Below are positions 58,839 to 64,000 of a stretch of 64,000 nucleotides of DNA, piece after piece. Every line of letters starts with the position of its first letter. Position 1 is the stretch's first letter. A program made the position numbers and the translations under genes. The notes under the pieces are model-generated. The model did no database searches and had not been told where the DNA came from. It worked only from the letters and a program-made list of their open reading frames with translations. This stretch comes from an uncultured Flavobacteriaceae bacterium (lineage in GTDB: Bacteria > Bacteroidota > Bacteroidia > Flavobacteriales > Flavobacteriaceae), in assembly GCA_949372825.1 (NCBI GenBank), contig CASIBD010000001.1:22249-86248 (forward strand), in the 5' to 3' direction.

Positions 58839-60296
58839 TTGAATTCAAAAGCTATAAATATTGTTTGGTTAAAACGGGACCTTCGTTCTCAAGATCATGA
58901 ACCTTTATTAAAGGCTGAATGTGCTGGGATACCTTATCTCATTATCTATCTCTTTGAACCTTCTAGAATTGAGTATCCAGATACCAGTCAAAGACATTTG
59001 CAGTTTGTATACCATTCAATTGGTAATTTAGATAAAGTATTAAGTGAGTTTAATAGACGAGTTGAGTTGTTTTATGGAGAGGCTGTTGATGTGTTTAATT
59101 ATTTAATTAAGGACTTTGATATCATTTCTGTGTTCAGTTACCAAGAAAGTGGAACACAAATCTCTTGGGAACGCGATAAAAAAATAAAACAGTTTTGTAA
59201 GTCCAATCAAATCATCTGGAAAGAATCACAACGAGACGGTATTTTAAGAGGCATTAAAAACAGGAAAGATTGGAATAAAAAATGGCATCTTAAAATGCAT
59301 ACACCTGTCATTCAAAACAAATTTACAATCTCTAAAGAATCACACTTAGAACATCCCTTTCTAATGCCATCAATATTAGAGTCTCAACTAAAAGAATACC
59401 CGAATCAATACCAACCACCAGGAGAAAAAAATGCTTGGAGGTACTTAAAATCATTCACTAACCATAGAGGGTTTAACTACCATAGACATATATCCAAACC
59501 TATGGAAAGTAGAATGTCTTGTAGCCGCTTATCTCCTTATTTGGCGTGGGGTAATATGAGTATTAAACAAGTTTTTCAGTTTATTGGAACTCATCCAAAT
59601 GGAACTAGAAATAATAAAGCTTTCTCAGCCATGCTTACCCGACTACATTGGCATTGTCATTTTATTCAAAAATTTGAAATGGAGTGTCGCTATGAAACCG
59701 AGTGTATTAATAGTGGTTATGAGATTTTGCAACATGAAAAAAATGAGGCATTTATAAAAGCATGGAAAACAGGAACTACAGGCTATCCTTTGATTGATGC
59801 TTGCATGCGAGCTGTTGAATCTACAGGATGGATTAATTTTAGAATGCGGGCTATGGTTGTATCTTTTTTAACACTCAATTTGGACCAAGATTGGCGTAAG
59901 GGGACCTACCATCTTGCACGTCAGTTTTTAGATTACGAACCTGGCATACACTATCCTCAGTTTCAAATGCAGGCGGGGACTACAGGTATAAATACAGTTC
60001 GTTTGTACAATCCTGTTAAAAACTCTAAAGAGCATGATCCGGAAGGTATTTTTATAAAAAAATGGATTCCAGAACTAGCAAACGTTCCAGTGGCACATAT
60101 TCATGAACCTTGGACCATGACAGTCATGGAACAGACCTTTTGTGGAGTTTTGATTGGAGAGGCTTATCCACTACCAATTGTGGACTTACAAGAAAGTTCT
60201 AGAGCTGCCAGAGATAAAATATGGGGTCATAAAAAGCATCCTGCCGTTCAAGAAGAAAAGAAACGATTATTAAGAACGCATGTAAATGCGATTTAA
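58839..60296 (+). CDS. Cryptochrome/photolyase-family flavoprotein
   Basis: N-terminal photolyase alpha/beta domain ([16 protein letters not shown]). FAD-binding domain motifs ([52 protein letters not shown]). TTG start per track. Confidence 0.85.
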   Translation: MNSKAINIVWLKRDLRSQDHEPLLKAECAGIPYLIIYLFEPSRIEYPDTSQRHLQFVYHSIGNLDKVLSEFNRRVELFYGEAVDVFNYLIKDFDIISVFSYQESGTQISWERDKKIKQFCKSNQIIWKESQRDGILRGIKNRKDWNKKWHLKMHTPVIQNKFTISKESHLEHPFLMPSILESQLKEYPNQYQPPGEKNAWRYLKSFTNHRGFNYHRHISKPMESRMSCSRLSPYLAWGNMSIKQVFQFIGTHPNGTRNNKAFSAMLTRLHWHCHFIQKFEMECRYETECINSGYEILQHEKNEAFIKAWKTGTTGYPLIDACMRAVESTGWINFRMRAMVVSFLTLNLDQDWRKGTYHLARQFLDYEPGIHYPQFQMQAGTTGINTVRLYNPVKNSKEHDPEGIFIKKWIPELANVPVAHIHEPWTMTVMEQTFCGVLIGEAYPLPIVDLQESSRAARDKIWGHKKHPAVQEEKKRLLRTHVNAI

Positions 60297-60377
60297 ATGT
60301 AGAATAGTTTTTACTATTTTTATATTTAATTAAATAGAGGGACAATGAGCTTACTAACAAAAAAACATTCATAATTC

Positions 60378-63300
60378 ATGTCAAAACAAAAAAATATAAT
60401 CATATCCATAATAATCATTCTTTTTGTTTGGAGTTTTTTTGAATTATAACTCTGAACAAAACATAGATTATAATTCAGTCCGAGAATTACATAAAGATAA
60501 TCTCGAAAAAAGCCCATTTAAGAATACAAAAAAACTCAATAAAAAAGAGAGAAAGAAATTACAAATTCCTCCAAATGCATACAATGATCGTTTATGGGAA
60601 TTGACAATGGATCCAGTTCTTGGTAGACCTAGCACTGAAAATATTTTTTTAATTCAAGAGGAATTAGAAAAAGTATCAAAAATCAAAAAACCAGGTGTTC
60701 CTGGAGAAAATCCTGATATGGCTTGGGTTCCTAGAGGACCGACTAACATAGCAGGCAGAACAAACGGGATGATGTTTGATCCAAACGACAGTACTAATAA
60801 AAAAGTTTTTGCTGGTGGAGTTAGTGGAGGAATTTTTGTAAATGAAAATATCGTAGATGCTGAATCTGAATGGAAAATGATTGAAGGAGTTCCTAAAAAT
60901 CTACCCATTTCCGTACTAACCTATGATCCTAATAATTTCAATATTTTCTATGCTGGAACTGGAGAAATATACACCGGAGGTGATGCTATGGGTAATGGAC
61001 TTTGGAGATCTACAGATGCAGGACTTACTTGGCATAATATATTTGGAGGAAGTTCTGATTCTGAACAGGTATTTAGAGGTCAAATAAACGAGATTAGCGT
61101 TGTTAGTCAAAATAATTTTGATCCAATCAGTTTTTTACAAGCTTCGTTTGGCCCCAATCTTCCGGGACCTCCAATGGACTATTTAAGTGAGGAAATAGTA
61201 ATTGCAAACCCGTTAGATGGTTGTTCAACTTTATCTAATTCAGAAAAAATTAAAGATAAAATTGTATTAATTGAAAGTGGTTCTCTTGATGGAAGTGACT
61301 GTGATTATCTAAAAAAAGTGATTGAGGGTCAAACAGCTGGTGCTAAGGCTGTGGTAGTATATAATAAAAATACGGGCGATTCAGGATGGTCAGATGATTT
61401 GATAACAATGAATTCAAATAATGGGGATGCTTCTACGGTCAACATTTCATCCATATTTATAAAAGCTTCATCAGGAAAGAAAATAAAAGAACTTATTGAA
61501 AATGAAAAAACAACTATAAAAATTTCTAAAAAAACTAATGTTGCTAATTCTAATTCCACAATTGTCCCAGGAATGTTTTTTATTAATGATGTGGTTGTGC
61601 GTGATAACGAAGGAACGTCAGAAGTTTATGTGGCAGCTGGATCTAGATTATGGGATATTGGGGGAAATCAAAGTACAATTTTAGGATCTGGACATGATGC
61701 AGTTTACAAATCAATTGATGGAGTAAATTGGTCTAAAATAGAATTATACCATCCAATAGACAATGATAATGACATTCATAATTTTGCTGTTGTTCCGATG
61801 GATTTAGAATTAGATAATGATAATAGATTGTGGGCATCATCTACTATAAGTCCTCAGTACAGGTTAACTGGAGACCAGTGGGGTGGTAATCCACCCAAAG
61901 GTGGTGGTAAAATCTACAGATTCAATGAAGAAGGAAATTCAGCAACATTCATTAATTCTATCAATGTTGATGTATCACTTCAAGCTGGTAATACAACCAT
62001 GCAGGGGAGAAGAACGGAGATGACATTTACAGCTGATAATCAACTTATAGTTTTGTGTATTGCTCCTGAAGCTAACGGAGGTTATTGGAGACTTGTTCCA
62101 AGATTATATAAGGGTTCAGTTGATAATTGGATTTCAGGAAACTACGATGAGTTATCAAAACCAATTGATCAAGATGATGGTATTGAAGATTACGATTTTG
62201 CAAGAGGACAAGGATACTACAGTGTTTCACTTGCAGCGCATCCAACAAATAAAAATGAGGTTTATGTTGGTGGCATTAATCTTTTTTCATCTAATCAAGG
62301 AGGTAAAGACTGGGGACAATTGACTCACCAAAGAGGAAGGTATGCGCAATATCTCCATGCAGATCAACATTCAGTTATTTTTAATAAAAATGATCCGAGT
62401 AAAATTCTTATTGGTAACGACGGCGGAATTGGATATAAAACAGTCGGAGATTTATTACCAAGAAACAACAAATTTCATACTGCACAATATTATACAGTTG
62501 CTGTAGCTCCATTTGGGATGTTTGACGATTACACTACTATCGTTTCTGGATTTGATAAATTAGTTGGATCTTGGGATTCATCAGCAGAACAAACTGTTTA
62601 TACTAAGGAAACAACTATTAACGGACATATGGATGTCTTTGCGGGAGGCATGCAAGACAACGGCACCTCAATACAAGCAGATAATAATAATGGTTTTTCA
62701 GAAGGGAATGATTTTGGGTCAGGTGATGGAGCTGGAACAATGTTTTCACAAAATAACAATAACAAGTATGTAGTATACAATTATGTTTACAACAACTCCG
62801 TTAGAGTTTTAAACATGAATAATCCCGGAAATGACGGCAGAAGTAGGTGGTGGAGAATATCATCAAATGATGATAACGAAGGTGATTTTATTAACAAACA
62901 AGCTTTAGATTCAAATTTTGGAATAATTTATTCAAATGCTGGTAATGGTAAAGTTAGAGCCTATCACAACTGGGATAATTTTGGTCCTGGTTCACAGGGA
63001 GAAATAAAGGACACATACCTAATTGATAATCTAGGATCAAATATTTCTGCGTTAACAGTTTCTCCATTTCAAACACAGTCTTCCACTTTATTTGCAGGAA
63101 ATGATAATGGTGCATTATGGAAAATAACAAATGCTCAAAATCCTAATACCCAAACGAAAGAACAAATAAGATGGGATGAGTTTTCAGGAAGTATTTCTGA
63201 CATTGAATTTGGTGAAGATGAAAAACACATTTTTGTAACTTTTTATAATTATGGTGTTGAAAGTATTTTTTACAGTGACGATGGTGGGGAAAATTGGTCA

Positions 63301-64000
63301 AAAAAAGAGGGTAATCTTCCAGACCTACCAGTATATAATATTTTACAAAGTCCATTAGATAAAGATGAAGTTATAATTGGGACCGAATTAGGAGTTTGGT
63401 TTACAAATAATTTTAGTGCTGAAAATCCATCTTGGAATCAAGCAAATTCCGGAATGAAAGATGTAAGAGTTACTGATATGGATTTAAGAAAGGGAGATAA
63501 TAAAGTTTTTATATCGACCTATGGTCTTGGGATTTATTCAGGTATTTTTCAAGATACAGAGCCTACATTTACAATGAATTCATCTACGAAATCTTTAGAA
63601 ATTTTAGTAGGAGAAAAAAAGAGTTTTGATGTTGATTATAAAGTTTATAATAATTTTAATGAAGAAATTGTATTTTCTCTTGAGGGTGCACCTGAAAATT
63701 CTAATGTTATCTATGATCCAGCAAAGAAATTAGTTGTTAATAGTGATGGTAAATTAAAAGTTGAATTAAAAATTGATCAAAACTCAGATGTTGGTAGTTA
63801 TGGTTTAACCCTAAAAGCAGCTTCAACCAGCAAATCAAGAGAATTAAAAATTGATTTAAAAGTAACTTCAGACATTGATAAAGATGGCATTTTATACGAT
63901 GTGGACAATTGTCCAAATACAGCTAATGCTGATCAATCCGATTTTGATGGTGATGGAATAGGGGATGTTTGTGATGATGATGTAGACGGAGATGGCGTAT
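60378..64000 (+). CDS. Large surface protein (3' end off-window): signal anchor, BNR/sortilin-like beta-propeller with inserted PA domain, Ig-like region, TSP3-like repeats; N-terminus detached by a frameshift in a T7 run
   Basis: I translated the frame from ~60421 to 64000 and found no stop. The track omits it because it has no stop in the window. BNR-like motifs (SIDGVNWSK, YSDDGGENWSK). PA domain (DKIVLIESG...GAKAVVVYN). End of window reads [31 protein letters not shown]. The ATG at 60378 encodes MSKQKNIIISIIIILFVWSF and is out of frame by one T (run at ~60434-60440). Confidence 0.8.

Noticed and set aside
60326-63355. Several 60-90-aa ORFs on both strands (60326..60517, 60654..60908, 60916..61110, 61329..61559, 62060..62323, 62564..62773, 62598..62780, 63143..63355)
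   Set aside because: All lie inside, or antisense to, the long uninterrupted plus-strand frame encoding the BNR/PA-domain protein. The track omits that frame only because it has no stop in the window.

Overview
Low-GC segment (about 30-33% by eye) typical of a marine Flavobacteriia (Bacteroidota) chromosome: two SusC/SusD pairs, many lipoprotein signal peptides and T9SS C-terminal sorting domains. I saw no rRNA, tRNA, CRISPR array, transposase or integrase. Left to right: (1) the 3' end of a GH13 amylase-family gene with a T9SS tail, then a xylose catabolism cluster (Na+/sugar symporter, xylB, xylA) and housekeeping genes. (2) A mixed glycan cluster: frameshifted PHP phosphoesterase, GH76, CBM-like lipoprotein, GMC oxidoreductase, GH53. 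(3) A LacI-family regulator divergent from the most unusual locus, two tandem copies of a two-gene module. Each module is a giant T9SS surface protein built from about 1-kb beta-helix-like repeats (7 units in total), followed by a translationally coupled lipoprotein with two FN3-like domains. The second module has an N-terminal cupredoxin domain, two frame disruptions and a 3' part of strongly atypical GC. A roughly 99%-identical copy of that 3' cassette sits on the end of the GH13 gene 28 kb away. (4) A sulfatase-rich double PUL: 6 formylglycine-type sulfatases, 2 SusC/SusD pairs, GH10, GH3 and an exported SAM methyltransferase. (5) M3 peptidase, YqhA, a beta-helix protein, a photolyase/cryptochrome, and a large BNR/sortilin-like + PA-domain surface protein that runs off the window. 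Five reading-frame disruptions occur in the window, four of them at short mononucleotide runs (A8, T7, CCC, CC), so sequencing error, true pseudogenes and slip-strand switching cannot be separated from sequence alone. A GC-rich 12-bp inverted repeat (GTGTGSSCACAC) occurs exactly twice, both times in the long leader upstream of an operon head, and is a candidate shared operator. CDS coordinates follow the supplied ORF track. Small motifs I located by hand may be off by 1-2 nt.
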